From Balamuthia mandrillaris (Eukaryota): a DNA stretch of 64,000 nucleotides. The translations under genes and the position numbers were made by a program. Below the pieces are notes generated by a model, which was given only the letters and a program-made list of their open reading frames with translations, was not told where the DNA came from and did no database searches. Shown here piece by piece: positions 51,387-64,000 of the stretch (positions within the stretch are counted from its first letter, which is position 1; every line of letters begins with the position of its first letter). The DNA is taken from NCBI GenBank assembly GCA_031835245.2, contig JAVKOQ020000061.1, positions 62,001-126,000 of the forward strand, read 5' to 3'.

Positions 51387-52417
51387 ATGTTGGAGGCACT
51401 ACCGGTGGAACTGGTGCTGGAGATACTGTCCTTTCTCTCAGCAAAGGAGCTGGCTGGAAGCTCTTCGGTGAGCAAGAGGTGGAACCAACTCGCCTCCTCC
51501 TCTGAGCTCTGGCGGCGGTTATATCACTCCGATGTAGAGCCAAAGAGTAGTAATGACGAAGAGGTAGCCGCGGCCGCCCAACGCCACTGGAAGGAGCATT
51601 ACAGGCAGAACGTCTTTTGGAAGTGGGACGGCCGTGGCTGCTCCCTTGACCTCTCTCCTGACTTTAAAACTGCCTCTTTGTCCGGGCGTAAGTTACTTTC
51701 TTGCATCCTTTTTTTTGCTTTTTTCTTCTTTTACATACTTGGTCTCTTGTTTTTTCAACAGAACCCGCCATTCTTTCCGTTTATACCTGTCGCCGCGTTA
51801 CCCAAGGTCAAAGGGATGTCTTTTCGGTGCGGTACGCAGCCACAGGACCTCAACCTCCTTCCTCCCACCAGAATGATGAGAACCAAAGCGGTGGTTGGAC
51901 GTGCGTTGGCTTGGTCCCGGCTAACAATGTGAGTTTACCGATGGGCACCGACATCAGCTGCGTCAGCTGGAGCCTTTGGTCCGGCGGTGGCATTCGAAGA
52001 GGCCCTTTGAGAGGTGAGCTGCTTCGAACGATAAAACCTGTAGAGGAGGCACAGCCTTTAGCCTCTCCGTTGGTTTTGCCAAAGTGGCAGGATGGAGACA
52101 TAATCGGTCTTGTGGTGGACCTCACACCACAGCAAGAAGAAGAAAACGGCGGCACCCTGACCTTCCTTTTCAACCACGAACCTATTCTAAAGACGACTGA
52201 GAAGCCCGGCGAGACGCTCACCTTCAGCAATCTTCTCAGCATCGACACCGACTTTGTGGTTGCGGCCTCCGTCTGTAGAAATGGTTCTTTAACCATCTTA
52301 TCTCCGACCGATGTCGCTTCTTCGTTGCTCCAAACCAAAAAGAAGCAGCGTTACAGAAGAAATAGGCGAAACAGAACGAAGGACAAGCGCAGCAACAGTT
52401 CCGTAAATGCACAATAA
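51387..52417 (+). CDS. F-box protein with C-terminal SPRY-like domain, 2 exons
   Basis: F-box LEALPVELVLEILSFLSAKEL...VSKRWNQLASSSELWRRLY; SPRY-like CVGLV...GDIIGLVVDL...LTFLFN. Confidence 0.85.
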
Positions 52418-52854
52418 AGTGAACTATCCACATGCGTTCAGCTAAGGGAACCACTTTGGCCTACGCTTCCGAAATGAATATACTATACTCATCGGTGCGC
52501 AGCGAACACTTCCAGGAAAACATTCGGTTTTAGTTCGTCAAACCCAAAGTGCACTCTCTCTTTCTAACCGGCACTGGTGGAAACGAACGGAAAACGTTCC
52601 TCCTCCTCCTCCTCCTCCTCCTCCCTTGTAGTTCTCTGCCCCAAATCATCAACTTACCCTGTACTGCACAGTGCAGGCAAGCCAGCATTGCTTCATGTCG
52701 GCACGAACGAAGTCGAAGCAAGGACAATTAATTAATCCTGGATGAGGGGTAAACCCCTCGAACCACCAAAATTCGAAATTCCTGGAAATTAGCTCGACGA
52801 AGGAACGAAAACTCCCTCCCTGCTGTGCAGCATGCACCGGCCGTTGGCCGAAAT

Positions 52855-55160
52855 ATGAAAACCCCCCTGCAACTGCCCTGTACGGACCAGACGTGACCTG
52901 CAGCAACCTGCAAAAGAACAAACCGACGACAGAACTGAGGACCAACAACAACAAAGTAGCGAGGAATGGGGCGGCTGCTCCGGAAGCCTCCTCCGCCACG
53001 CAGCCAGACGCCCTGCGAAAGGGGAAAAAAAACTGGTGGCGGGGGGTTCTGGCCGGCCCGGTCCAGGCGTGGAGGGCCAGGACCCTTGTGACCTACTTCA
53101 GGGTCCATTTCCTGGCGTTCGCACTGTTGGCCCTGTTTGGGGGTGTGCTCCTCGTTTTGCTGGAGATAGGGAACATGGACTTGAGCTACACCGACGCGCT
53201 GTTCTTCAGCACTTCGGCGCTTACTGTGACAGGCCTTATCACTCTGGACACTGCATCGCTTCGGGTGGCTTCTCAGGTAAGCTTTCTTAGATAAGATTCT
53301 TTTCTTCATTTTTGTTGTTTCGTTTCCTCTTGTCGTTTCTTTCATGCTTCTCTATTCTTTCATGTCGTTTCTTTTTCCTTTCTTCTCTATATTCTCTTTC
53401 AGCTTCTTCTTTCTTGTTTCTGGTTCCTTGTTCTTGTTCTTCTTCGTCTTTTTGCCCTTCTTCTTCTCCCTCTCCTTCCTCTTCTTCTCACACTGCTTCT
53501 TCTCATGCGTGTTCTTCACTTGTTTTCATTTGGTTCTCTATCGTCCGTCATTTCCTTACCCTTCTCGAAACAAAAGGTGGTGATCTATTTGCTCATCTTT
53601 TGCGGAGGAGCCATCATGGAAAGCATGTTTCCCCTCTTCCTTCGTTGGTGGACGATGATGCGACGGGCCAGGGTCACTCTCAAAAGAGCTCAACAAAGGA
53701 GAATGCTTCATTTGGACTCCCACATAACAAACGCGTTTGATGACAGGCAAAAGGTTCGCGGGCGTACCGAGTTTCGAGCCCTGCTACGGTTTGTTTCCCA
53801 CTCGTCTCTGTCATATGTTGCGTTTGCTTGTTTTTGTGTTGACCTCATTTTTTCTCTGTGCACACCACAAACGTAGGTTGATGATATGGATTCCAGCCTA
53901 CTTCTTCTCCATTCAATTGGGCGCTTTCCTGATGTTGGGGTTCTTTGGCCAATTCTCCTCCACCTACAACCAAGTCCTGGAAAACAATGACAATAATCCG
54001 TGGTGGTGGTCCATGTTCCACGCCCTCTCCGCCCTCAACAATGCAGGGTACTCCACCATGCCCGACAGTTTGGTGCAATTTAACCGCAGCTCCTTCGTGT
54101 TGACACTCATTGCAGTGTTGGTACTCTTTGGCAACACGGCCTATCCAGTGGTTCTTCGCTTCCTCCTCTGGCTCTACTATCGTTATTTGTTGTGGAGAAA
54201 CAACAAGAGGAAGAGTAAGAAAGAGGAAGACAATCGACTGCAAGTCTATCGTTACCTCTTGAGCCATCCTCGGAGATGCACCACTCATCTCTTTCCTTCG
54301 ACGCACACTTGGTGGTTGTTAGCCATGCTGATAACTCTCACGTTGATGGAGTACATGTTGTTCCTGGCACTGGATTGGAATTCAGAGGCGGTAGAGGGAT
54401 TGGAGGCCTACGACAAGCTCAGCAATGGCTTCGCTCAATCCGTCTTCACCCGAACGGCTGGGTTCAACAGCATCGACATCTCCTTGTTGAATCCTGGCAT
54501 GCAGGCCCTCTATGTCGGGTTGATGTACATTTCCGCCTTTCCTACCATCATCACCTTGCGCAAATCCGTACATTTGGGTACCATCATTTCTTTAGTGTTT
54601 CTTCCTTTCTTATGGGTCTTATTTCTGTACTTCTGTTCTTGTTCTTTCTGATTTCATTTGCAATCTCCCTCTGTTCTAACTTGGTTCTGCCTTCTTCCTC
54701 TCAGATTCCTTTTGTGTGGAAAACGCGGACGAAGAAGAGAAAAAGCAACGGAGTGTGGTCTTCCAAGCCAAACGACTGCTCTTCTGGGATCTCTTCTGGG
54801 TCTTCTTCTCTTGGGTTACTATTTGCATCGCTGAGAGTGACCGCCTCAACGCCAACTTTGATGAGGAGGACTATGACCCGAACTTCACTTTCATGAAGGT
54901 CCTGTTCGAGGTTGCCAGCGCCTATGGCACGGTGGGACTGTCGTTGGGCTATCCCGGTTTGATCTCCTCGTTCAGCGGCACCTTGAGCACGTTCTCCAAA
55001 TTGATGATCACGTTCGTGATGCTGATGGGGCGACACAGAGGATTGCCGGACAGCGTGGACAAAGTGGTCAGCTTATCCCCTGTCTTGGTGACCGGAAGTG
55101 ATGAAGAGGAAGTGGAAGAACTAGAAGAACACGAAGAAGAGGAAGAAGAACAAGAAGAAC

Positions 55161-55191
<31 letters not shown>

Positions 55192-55336
55192 AGAACAAGA
55201 ACAAGAAGAACAACAACAACAAGAAGAAGAAGAAGAAGAAGAAGAAGCATCAACAGAAGAGGAGGATGTGGAAATGAATGTTGGTCTTGAAAGGACCAGA
55301 ATTCATTCGCTGGACCTCAGACCGAACTCCTCATGA
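52855..55336 (+). CDS. Trk/HKT/Ktr-family potassium transporter, multi-exon; start slightly uncertain
   Basis: Four pore loops SALTVTGL, SALNNAGYS, FTRTAGFNS and SAYGTVGLSLG, plus LMGRHRGLP; the ATG at 52855 is one base out of frame, next to an A-run. Confidence 0.9.
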
Positions 55337-55494
55337 CGACTTCATTTTTCACTTTGCAATATGTAAGAAAGGAACAGAGAGGAACCTTAGCGCCATAAAA
55401 TTAATAGGCCAAACGTTCATTCTTTAAAGTACAAGATCAAACCAAAGCACGATAGGCATTACAGGATTCTTTGTGTGGGCTTATATGAGTAGGG

Positions 55495-58400
55495 CTACAG
55501 CTTACCTTGAAAGTTTTGAAGCTTCATACTGAGTGTCCTGCTTCTTGCCCTGCGCTGCTTGTTCTGTTTAACCACGTAGTACGCGACAGCAGGGACAACC
55601 ACCACCAAGAAGACAACGAAAAGAGAAACAACCGTCAAGCTGATGATCAACGTCTTGTTGTCATCTCCGCCGGAGCGGTCCTCACCGTCTTCTTCATCCT
55701 CAGCACCATAGTCCACAAGAGTGCCAAAGTACACTCCCCTGGAAAAGTACGCCTTGCCCTGGACTGTCCTCTTGCTGCCATCAAAAGAGAGGTTGAGGTT
55801 TGCAGGCGATGAAAGCAGACGAAGTTCACTGGTCTCCTCGTCTAACACAGCCAATCCAAACCGGGTGGAGTTAGTATCCAACGTCTCAAGGATGTCTTCA
55901 CGAAGGTAGAGGGACAGGGAGAGCTGTAGATCAGCGGAGGAGTTGAATTGAAGACCGTTGGTAACGACGTGACCTACGGGGTCAGTATTGGTCGAGTTTT
56001 CTGGAGGTAGAACAACGCGGTAGTTGGGCGTTCCATCGCTTTGGTTTGCCACGATGAACATGGGGAATATCTTGTCCGCCTGTGTGAATAGAAAGTAACA
56101 CCTTGTTAGCCATTGCAGGTATGAGACGAAAGGAGCATGGAGTAGAGGATTACAAGGATTTGAGATTGGGTGAAGCTTTCGTCCAAACATTCCACGCAAA
56201 CGTAGATCTCAGCATCTTTGGTAGCTATCGCCGGTCTGTGGGAACCGAGTGACTCCAACTCGCCGCCATGCAGCTCAACATTCACCACAGGTGAAGGGAG
56301 AACCTCTTCAAAACATGCTCTGCTAGCAGTTTCAGAAGCAGAATCCGCGGTGCATGAGCAGGACAACCGCTCCAATAGTGTGATGATGCTGCCGAACTTC
56401 TCTCCCATGTTCTGGAAGAAGATGGAAGCGTAATGGAAGTAGATGGCCGAAACAGCAAAGCCCGCTCCTTGATGCCAGTTGTAGCTCTCTTCCCATTTAT
56501 TTGCTTCCCCGTATCCCCTCTCCTTCCAGGTTCCATAGGGGTTCAGGGTTCCGGGCACCCAGCCACCAGGAATGGAGTACATGATCGGCTCTACTTTGCC
56601 TCCGCATTCCTGACATGTGCCGTTGGGACGCGGAGCACCCAGACGAGGAAAGTCCTTCGGATCAACGCACCATTCATAGGGTAATGCGTCGCACTCCGCT
56701 CGACTCCCAGCGAAGTCGTGCCAAAAGAAATCATCGCTCATTGCACAGGTGGTCTGGTTCATTCCGACTACCGTACAGTAGGTGCGCCAGAAGGTGTTGC
56801 TGACAAGCTGGTACTGCTCCCCGTTGAATACTGCAAATTGATCTTCGCAACGGGGAGGGTCTTGGTAGATGCCTCGTATGTCCCAGGAGGGGTTTGGTAT
56901 CAAGCATACTCCCACCGGATACACAGAAAAGGCGGCAATGAGAGCTTGATCGGTACACAGTTGGATAGTGTCGCACTGAGCTTCAGTTAACGTGAAGGGG
57001 AACAGCACGTCGAAGGAGCAATGGTAGTTGGAATCGCACGCAGTTGCATTCAAACCCTTTTGAAAGGTGAAGAGTTGGAAACAGAGAGAGAGAGAGAGAG
57101 AGAGAATAGAGAATAGAGAGAACATACAGGGATGTCGCACACGGTGTTGCAATCCTCTTCTACTACCTGAGCGTCTGTGCAGAACCCGAAGCGACAATCT
57201 GCACAGAACATGCCTGTTTGTGTGCAGGTTGCTTGTGGTTCGTCGATGTAGTAGTTGCAAACATGTTGACTCAAACACCCTTCTTGGTTGCCAGGTATCA
57301 CGACGTACCGATAATAGCCGTCATCATCGAGTTCGAAATCACTTTTCCCTTGGTAGTTCTGAGAGGTCCATCCTTGAGTACAGGTTTCCGCTCTGTAGCA
57401 TAGGGAAAGGTAAGTACAAAACGAACAAGTGAAGAACAAAGAGGACTCCTTGAAGCTGCACGTACTTGACGTGTTCCAGATAAGTTGGATAGAATTCGGC
57501 CAAAGAGGTATCTCTTGGGACGTTGAACATGGAAAGCATTGTTTGGTAGATAGAAACGCTGGTAGCTTGCAAAGCCTCCACCACACATTGCGAGCGCAGT
57601 TGCTCTCTCATCTCAGGATAACCTGTACATTGCCTGCCCATGGCGAAGGAAGTGCGTCAACGATACAAAAACATCACTTATCGGTTGGAAGTAGGCTTGA
57701 AACGGTACCCAGAGATGAGCATGCAGAAGGTTCCTTCGCGACAATCGGCCTGCGACTGGCAAGGCCTTTTGAAGTGGTCATCAAAGCATTTTTGCAATGC
57801 GAATTGCCACTCATTGGCAACGCTCTTGAAGTCAGTGATCTCCACCAAGGCGCCGCTGTTGAAGTCGTCCACGTAATCCTTGATCAAAGCAATCATGCGA
57901 TGGGCCTCGGGTTGACATTCTTCATCGATGCGCTCTGTGGACAAGCTCAGGATGCGTTGCTGCACCTTGCTGTGATTGCTGGCTCGGCAACAATCGTACC
58001 ACAGGTAGTTGCCGTTGCAGCAAGCATCGGCGTACCAGGCTTCGGTTCCTTGTGTTTCCTTACAGACTTTGCAGGATGAGGCTTGTTAGAACTTCTAAAC
58101 TTCTTCAGTGTCATAAACCAAGAAAAAGAGAAAAGAAACCTTCTCCGAATGCATCCACAGTGAAGTCTTCCTTTTCGTACATACTGTCCAACAAAGCCAA
58201 GCATCCTTGATAGACGTCCTGAAGGGTCAGAGCCGCAATGGTACGATGCAACTGATCGAGAATGTAAGGATTGGCCAGGTTGGACGTGTTGGCGGTGAAG
58301 GGAAAGCTCTGGAAGCCTCTGAAGCTCTGCGTGAGCTGAACAAACTCATCAAAGACGCACTCCGGAACCAGGACGTTGTCTTGGGTAATGGGGTCCGTTT

Positions 58401-59180
58401 GAATGGTGATGACCTCGTCGAGGGCGGTGGTGAAGTTCATTTCATCCTCGAGACTTGCGGTGCCAAAGACCACAACAGGTTCACACGCCAAGAAGCTTTC
58501 CCAAGTGAAACCGCTGTCGTAGTAACCAGCGGTGCCCTTTGCTCCCTTCAACGCTGTGCACAGAAAAAAAGAAAAAAGGGTTTTCTTCAGTGTCTGTAAC
58601 GTTTTTTTGTTGCAGACCAAACAGAGGCATTACTCACGTGTAGGGGAGAAAGACTGCAGCACGATGGCGGCGGCGATGCTGTTCAAGTTTACCTCCTCCA
58701 ACGTCAAGAATGGGCCGTAGAAGGCAAAGGCATTGGACAAAGGGTTTGCGGTGCTCAGCAGCGGAACCATTCTTGCTCCCAACAATTCTCCTGTTGTGGG
58801 TGGATGCTCCGGTTAATTCATCTACTGTGGAGATGGAGACCGGGTGCGTTACCTGTGACGTGGCTGTCCCACACTTTGTCGGAGTTTTTGGTGCAACGAA
58901 CCTCGAACGTGCCAGCACCGGCCAAGGACCAGGCGGAGCCGTAGAAGCTGTCTCTTTTGCCTTGGTACTCCTGGAGGTCCGTGCCATTGTGGTAGAGGTC
59001 CTGGTCCAATTGGACCTCAATGACGGCGGCCTCCACGCTTTCCCAAGGAGGGAAGGAAAAGGTCTGATAGCGCACGGTCGTTCCGAGGACAGTGGGTTGT
59101 TGTGCCCAAACCCCAACGGAGGCCAAGCAGACTGCAAGCAGCAACAAGGGAACCAAGTGACAGGGCTTTGACCAGTGCAT
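55495..59180 (-). CDS. Large cysteine-rich type I membrane protein of unknown function, multi-exon
   Basis: Signal peptide MHWSKPCHLVPLLLLAVCLASVGVWA, Cys-rich ectodomain exons, C-terminal TM LIISLTVVSLFVVFLVVVVPAVAYYVV followed by a basic tail. Confidence 0.75.
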
Positions 59181-59525
59181 TCCCAGCAAGTGGTGTTTAA
59201 AGAAAAGCTGTGCTGTTTGTTCTTTGAAGGAATTTGAAAAAACAAAAGTCAACCAAACGCGGCCAAAGGCAACGAAACCGAAGGCTGTTGTTTGTGAAGT
59301 GCAATTTGTTTTGCTATCCCCAATTGGGGTTAACCAATGGCCATTTCTCCGCGCAGCAAACGACACGTTCTTTCAATTCATTGTTCTTTAATTGCTCTAA
59401 TTTATAACGTTCATCCAATAATAAATCAAAAAAGAGCACAATTTTGATTTCTGATTGGCCCTTTCTTTATCTTCATCGTTAATGAAAGGACAAAGTGGTA
59501 TTTTTTTCTTTTTGTTTGTTCCTCT

Positions 59526-60789
59526 TCAAAACTCGATGGGTTCGTTGTCAGCAAAGAACATGCCGGTCCTGGTTTCTTCTTTCGGCCGAGTGGCAAGCCA
59601 CACGGCCACCTCGGCTCCTTGCTCCGCGGAGCGAGTCGCGCTGGGTCCCGCCATATCCGTCCTGCACCAGCCGGGGCAGCAGGCGTTGATCAGGATGCCC
59701 TCCCGCTTCTCCTGCCGGGCCAGCACACGCGTCAACGCGCTGACGCCCGCTTTGCTCACGCCATAAGTGTTCCTTGGCCACCCTTCCTCCTCACAACGTT
59801 CGTTCTTCACGTCCTCCACAAACTTGTTCATCAGCTCGCACAATTGTGACTGATATGGTTTGTAAGTAAGAAAGAGAGGACAGAAATAAAGGTGAGGCCA
59901 GAGAAAGAGGAGTCGCAGAAGAGAGAAGATAAAAAAAGGATGCTGTACAATGGTCAACGTCTCATCGGTGAACTGCTCCCGTAGTTTGTCGTTCTGCAGG
60001 CGCTTCAGCGAGCCGGCCCTCGAACTTACGTTCACCACTCGGCCATAGGGACGGATCAACGGCAAAAACGCATCGCACACGTTCAACGTCCCAAAAAAGT
60101 TGGTGTTGATGGTCGTTCTGTTTTAAACACAAAAAAAGAGTTTACACAATTGTCAGCCTTGGTTTGTTCGCCTCTCTTTCTCTACTCCTCCTCTCCTCTC
60201 TTCTCTCCTCTCTTCTTGCGCGCTCTCTGTCTCTGTCTCTCCTCACTCTTCACGCCCTCTGTCTCTCTTCTCTCTTTTCTCGTGCTCGCTCTCTGTCTCT
60301 CTTCTCTCTCTCTATCTCTCTGTCTCTCTTCTCTCTCTTCTCTTGCTCTCGCTTCTTGCTTCCCTCTTCCCAACAAAGAAAAACGCACCGTGCAACCTCC
60401 TCGTTGAAGGCGTCTCCTTTGTAGGCCATGCCGGCATTGTTGATCAGCACGTCCAGCCCACCAAACTCCTTGCGCACGCTCTCCGCCGCCTCTTTGATGA
60501 CGGCCTCGTCGTCCAGGTCGATGCGCAACAGCTGCACGTTTTGAAGGTTCTCCTTCTCCTGCAACCCACGGACCGCCTCTTGTCCTCTTTCTAGGTCTCT
60601 CGAACCAAGCAAAACCTTTTTTTTTATAAAAAAAATTATAAATAAGAAAAAGATTATAAAAATATAAATTAACCAAAAAAAAAACGGCTGACGGACCAAC
60701 GTGGAGGGCTCCAGTTTGGCCAACTGAGCGACGGTGGCAAGGCCTATGCCTTTGTTGGCTCCTGTGACCAAAGCTACCTTGCGTTGCAT
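59526..60789 (-). CDS. Carbonyl reductase-like short-chain dehydrogenase/reductase (CBR1-like)
   Basis: VALVTGANKGIG, GGLDVLINNAG, TNFFGT, RVVNVSS, catalytic YGVSK, NACCPGWCRTDMAG. Confidence 0.92.
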
Positions 60790-60999
60790 GTTTTTGTTTG
60801 TTTGTTTTATCTCTTTAGTTCTTTTCTCATTTTTTTTTGGCTTTTATAAATAAATGTGGAACTCGTAGAAAACACGAGGAAATGTGGAAATCACCGAAAT
60901 TAAATCCCGTAAATCCCCTGTTGGTCAATCGGAGAATTTTATCTACCAATGCTAAATATTTGACGACACTATTGTCCGATTGGTTTGTTTTCTATATTA

Positions 61000-62493
61000 T
61001 TATTTCTTCTTCAGGCCCTTCTTGGCGGATTCTTTCAGCTCCTGCACGTCGGTGTAGCCCTCCACTTTCTTGCTGGTCTTGCCTTTGAGCTGGAGGTCCT
61101 TGAACCGAGAGCCGGGACAAGGGGTCTTCCAGTGCTGCTTCACCTTCTCCGCTTTGATGAGGTTGCTCAGGCTGCTGTAGCGATTCTCCCAAAAGGTGAA
61201 GCCTTTGCCGGGATTGTACATGATCCTCTGGTGCACGATCTTGCGCTTCTTGGTGATGGAGGAGATGGTGAAGCAGCCGGGCTGCGAGGAGAAGCGGATG
61301 AGAAAAGCGCCAGGCTTGCAGAGCTGCAGCTTCTCTTCGGCCTCCTTGGAGGCTATATCGCCATGGAACCACGGCGCTTGCACTGTTCTCTTTATCTGTG
61401 GTCCAAAGGAAAAAGGATGTAAGAAGCAGCACAACAAGAAGAACAACAAGAAGGATGAAGTACATTGTTCAAAAAGAAAGCTTCGTTGGATTCAGAGCTC
61501 TTTTCGGTGGCTTCGAACGAGTTGTTCTGGATGAACGGGCCGAACCAACCGCACATCCTTCCAAAGGTTTCGAGGCTGACGTGTAACCCATCCCCGGATA
61601 TTCCTTTCCCTTCTTCAGCTGTTTTTTTTATATTGTTTCGTTAGTCTCCTTTCCTTTCTCTCTTTTTCTAACTCACTTGCTTCTGTTTACCTAACACAGC
61701 TTTGAGGCAAAGCAGCTTGGAATCACTTTCAATGTTCTTAGGAAGCTCGCGTTTGAAAGCTCGACAGAACTGTAACAGAAACGCATCGAAAGAAGCTTTT
61801 TCCTATTAAAAACCAAAATAAAAAAATGTGTAAACAAAAAGATATCAAACAAATGGAGAATAAAAGAGAAAACAAAAGAGTTTACTTTGCCAAGAAAATG
61901 TTTCTTCCAGAACTTACGAGCTCCTTTATCTTCAACTGCAAGATCCACGATTATCTCATCCAACCTTTTTGTGTCGTTGTTATTCAGAAGAAGAAACAAA
62001 TACAAGGAGAGAGAGAGAGAGAGAGAGAAAGGGAGAGAGAATGAAAAAAGGTACTTTTCAATGACTATAGCAAAAGATGGTCTCTTGCTGGGATCTTTCC
62101 GCCAACAGGCATTCATCAGCTTGGCGAGACGAGGCAGCAGATCGTCTGTTATTTCCGGCCGTTCGTTCTTGTCGCAGATGGCATGGATGAGAGCCGGAAG
62201 ACAGTCGGAGAAACGCGGATAGACGTGCGTTTGATACACCATCTCCCATAACGTCAATCCAAAGCTTTTTGTTTTCGTGTTTGTTTATATGAGAAGATAA
62301 AAAGGGGAAAAAAGAGAAGCAAAACGAGAATGTACCTATATACATCACACTTTTCATCAAAACAGCCGGTAAAGACCTCTGGAGCCATGTATAACGGCGA
62401 TCCTTGTGCTCCATGTAATACTTTCTCAGCTGGTCTTACCTTTGTAAGTCTGCATATTTTGTTTTCTAACATGTGAGTAATGATAAGGAAAAT

Positions 62494-62539
<46 letters not shown>

Positions 62540-63930
62540 AGAAGAGAGAAGAGAGAAGAGAGAGAAGAGAGAGAAGAGAGAGAAGAGAGAGAAGAGAGAG
62601 AAAAAGCTAGAGAAAGAGAGAGTGAGTAGGAGACAGAGCGAGGAGAGACCCAAAATCGCAAACTTTCACCCGGTTATCTTTAGTGACCTGAAAGAAAAGC
62701 ATTAAACGAGAGAGAGAGAGAGAGAGAGAGAGAAGAGAGAAAAACAAACAAAGAAACGAAGAGGAGATACAAACCAGAAGATTGGAAAGTTTCAAGTCAC
62801 GATGAATGAATTGTGGCTTAGAGGAATGGAGCCAGTTCATTCCCAAAGCTGCGTCCTTGGCCATTCTCATCTTTTGAATGAGAGGAATATCGGCCTTGTC
62901 TGGGTCGAAGAAGAAGATCCCATTTTTGTCAATGTGAAGCGAAAAATGAATAGCTAACAATATCATAAACGTACTTCCTATCAAGAGAGTCTCCAAGTCC
63001 ATTGGTAAAATTTCTGTCACGATACTTTATAAAGGTGAGCATGGAAAACGTGAGGTTAGAGGAAGAGAAGAAGAAAAAAGGAGAAGATGATGATGATTGA
63101 AGAACGAAGAACAAGAACAAACAACGAAGAACGAAGAACGAAGAACGAAGAACAAGCACAAGCACAAGCACAAGCACAAGCACAAGCACAAGCACAAGCA
63201 CAAGCACAAGCACAAGCAAGCACAAGCACAAGCACAAGCACAAGCACAAGCACAAGCACAAGCACAATAATCGGTGAAAGTTGAGGTTCAAGAATGAAAC
63301 AACCACCACAACAAGAAGGAAGAACTGAAGTAACGACAAGAACACGATAACAAAAGTAAAAAATACCTCATGCTTCCAGGTATAGTACAAGCGCCCATAA
63401 ACAGCACTTGGGGCCATTCAAGAAAAACAACGTGAGAAAAAAGAGTATCAAAAAACACAACAGAAAAAAAAAAGACAACATACCAACATTCGGGTGGTAT
63501 AACTTGCTGTTTGTATGTGAGAAAGAACGAGAGAAGAGAGAGAGCAGAGAGCAGAGAGCAGAGAGCAGAGAGAGAGAAGAGCAGAAGAGAAACGAGAGAG
63601 AACGAGAACAATAGAAGAGAAACAAATGAGTTATATGGTAAGGAAAGAATAGGAAAGGCATTTAAACAAAAAAAACCTCATAATTCTGACTTCAGCACGG
63701 AACGAGTCCAAGTCCTCCTCGCTGAGCGTCTGTCGGTGCAACACTTTGACGGCAACAGGCTGGCCTCTGCATTTGCCTCTGTACACTTTGGCGAACGCTC
63801 CCTCGCCGATCTCTTCCTCCAACCGGATTTCCTCGGGAGAGATCTCCGGGAGGTCTTCCTCCGAGTCCAACAGCTTTGGCGAGGGGGTGGTGGCGGGTGC
63901 CTTCTCCTTTCCTTTCTCTTTCTTCTCCAT
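61000..63930 (-). CDS. TKL-group kinase with C-terminal SH2 domain (Dictyostelium Shk-like)
   Basis: EIGEGAFAKVYRG, VAVKVL, HRDLKLSNLL, CDFG, GSPLYMAPEV, CWRKDPSKRPSF; SH2 WFHGDI...AEEKL...GAFLIRFSS.PGCFTIS. Confidence 0.9.
63153..63265. repeat. Intronic hexanucleotide repeat (CAAGCA)n
   Basis: Directly visible tandem array inside an intron of the SH2 kinase gene. Confidence 0.95.
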
Positions 63931-64000
63931 CCGTTTTGTTTTCTTTGTTTTTCTAAGTTTTGTTTATTTATTTTTGTTTTATTTTTTGTATCACATATTA

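Overview
Gene-dense eukaryotic nuclear DNA with short GT-AG introns that are often CT/GA-microsatellite-rich. Gene content (Shk-type SH2 kinase, receptor TK-like kinase, countin-like saposin, low-MW thioredoxin reductase) points to an amoebozoan; a Balamuthia/Acanthamoeba-like organism is my inference, not a verified identification. About 25 protein genes can be read by manually splicing the ORF track: MMADHC, cyclin B, TrxR, ODC, a Deltex-like E3, BLOC1S2, a secreted repeat protein, a BtaA-like/ChaC fusion, NOL12, an Mrr-type nuclease, a TspO-like protein, a PHD protein, a SMIM4-like protein, a receptor kinase, a TM-PH-CRAL/TRIO protein, a saposin, a RhoGAP, a Slo K+ channel, an F-box protein, a Trk transporter, a Cys-rich membrane protein, a carbonyl reductase and an SH2 kinase. 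There is also one tRNA-Ser(GCT) and a decayed LINE RT fragment. The most interesting observations are: (1) an in-frame fusion of a BtaA/DUF3419-like SAM-dependent enzyme with a ChaC gamma-glutamylcyclotransferase; (2) a candidate non-AUG (AUU) uORF ending Pro-Pro-stop in an ATG-free ODC leader, plus a possible poison splice acceptor; (3) two alternative first exons (mitochondrial presequence or bare ATG) on TrxR; (4) clustered TGTCGACA palindromes in divergent promoters; (5) an intron-containing restriction-endonuclease-like gene with a membrane anchor; (6) a highly periodic secreted structural protein. All family calls come from motif recognition by eye, with no database searches, and exon boundaries are manual predictions.
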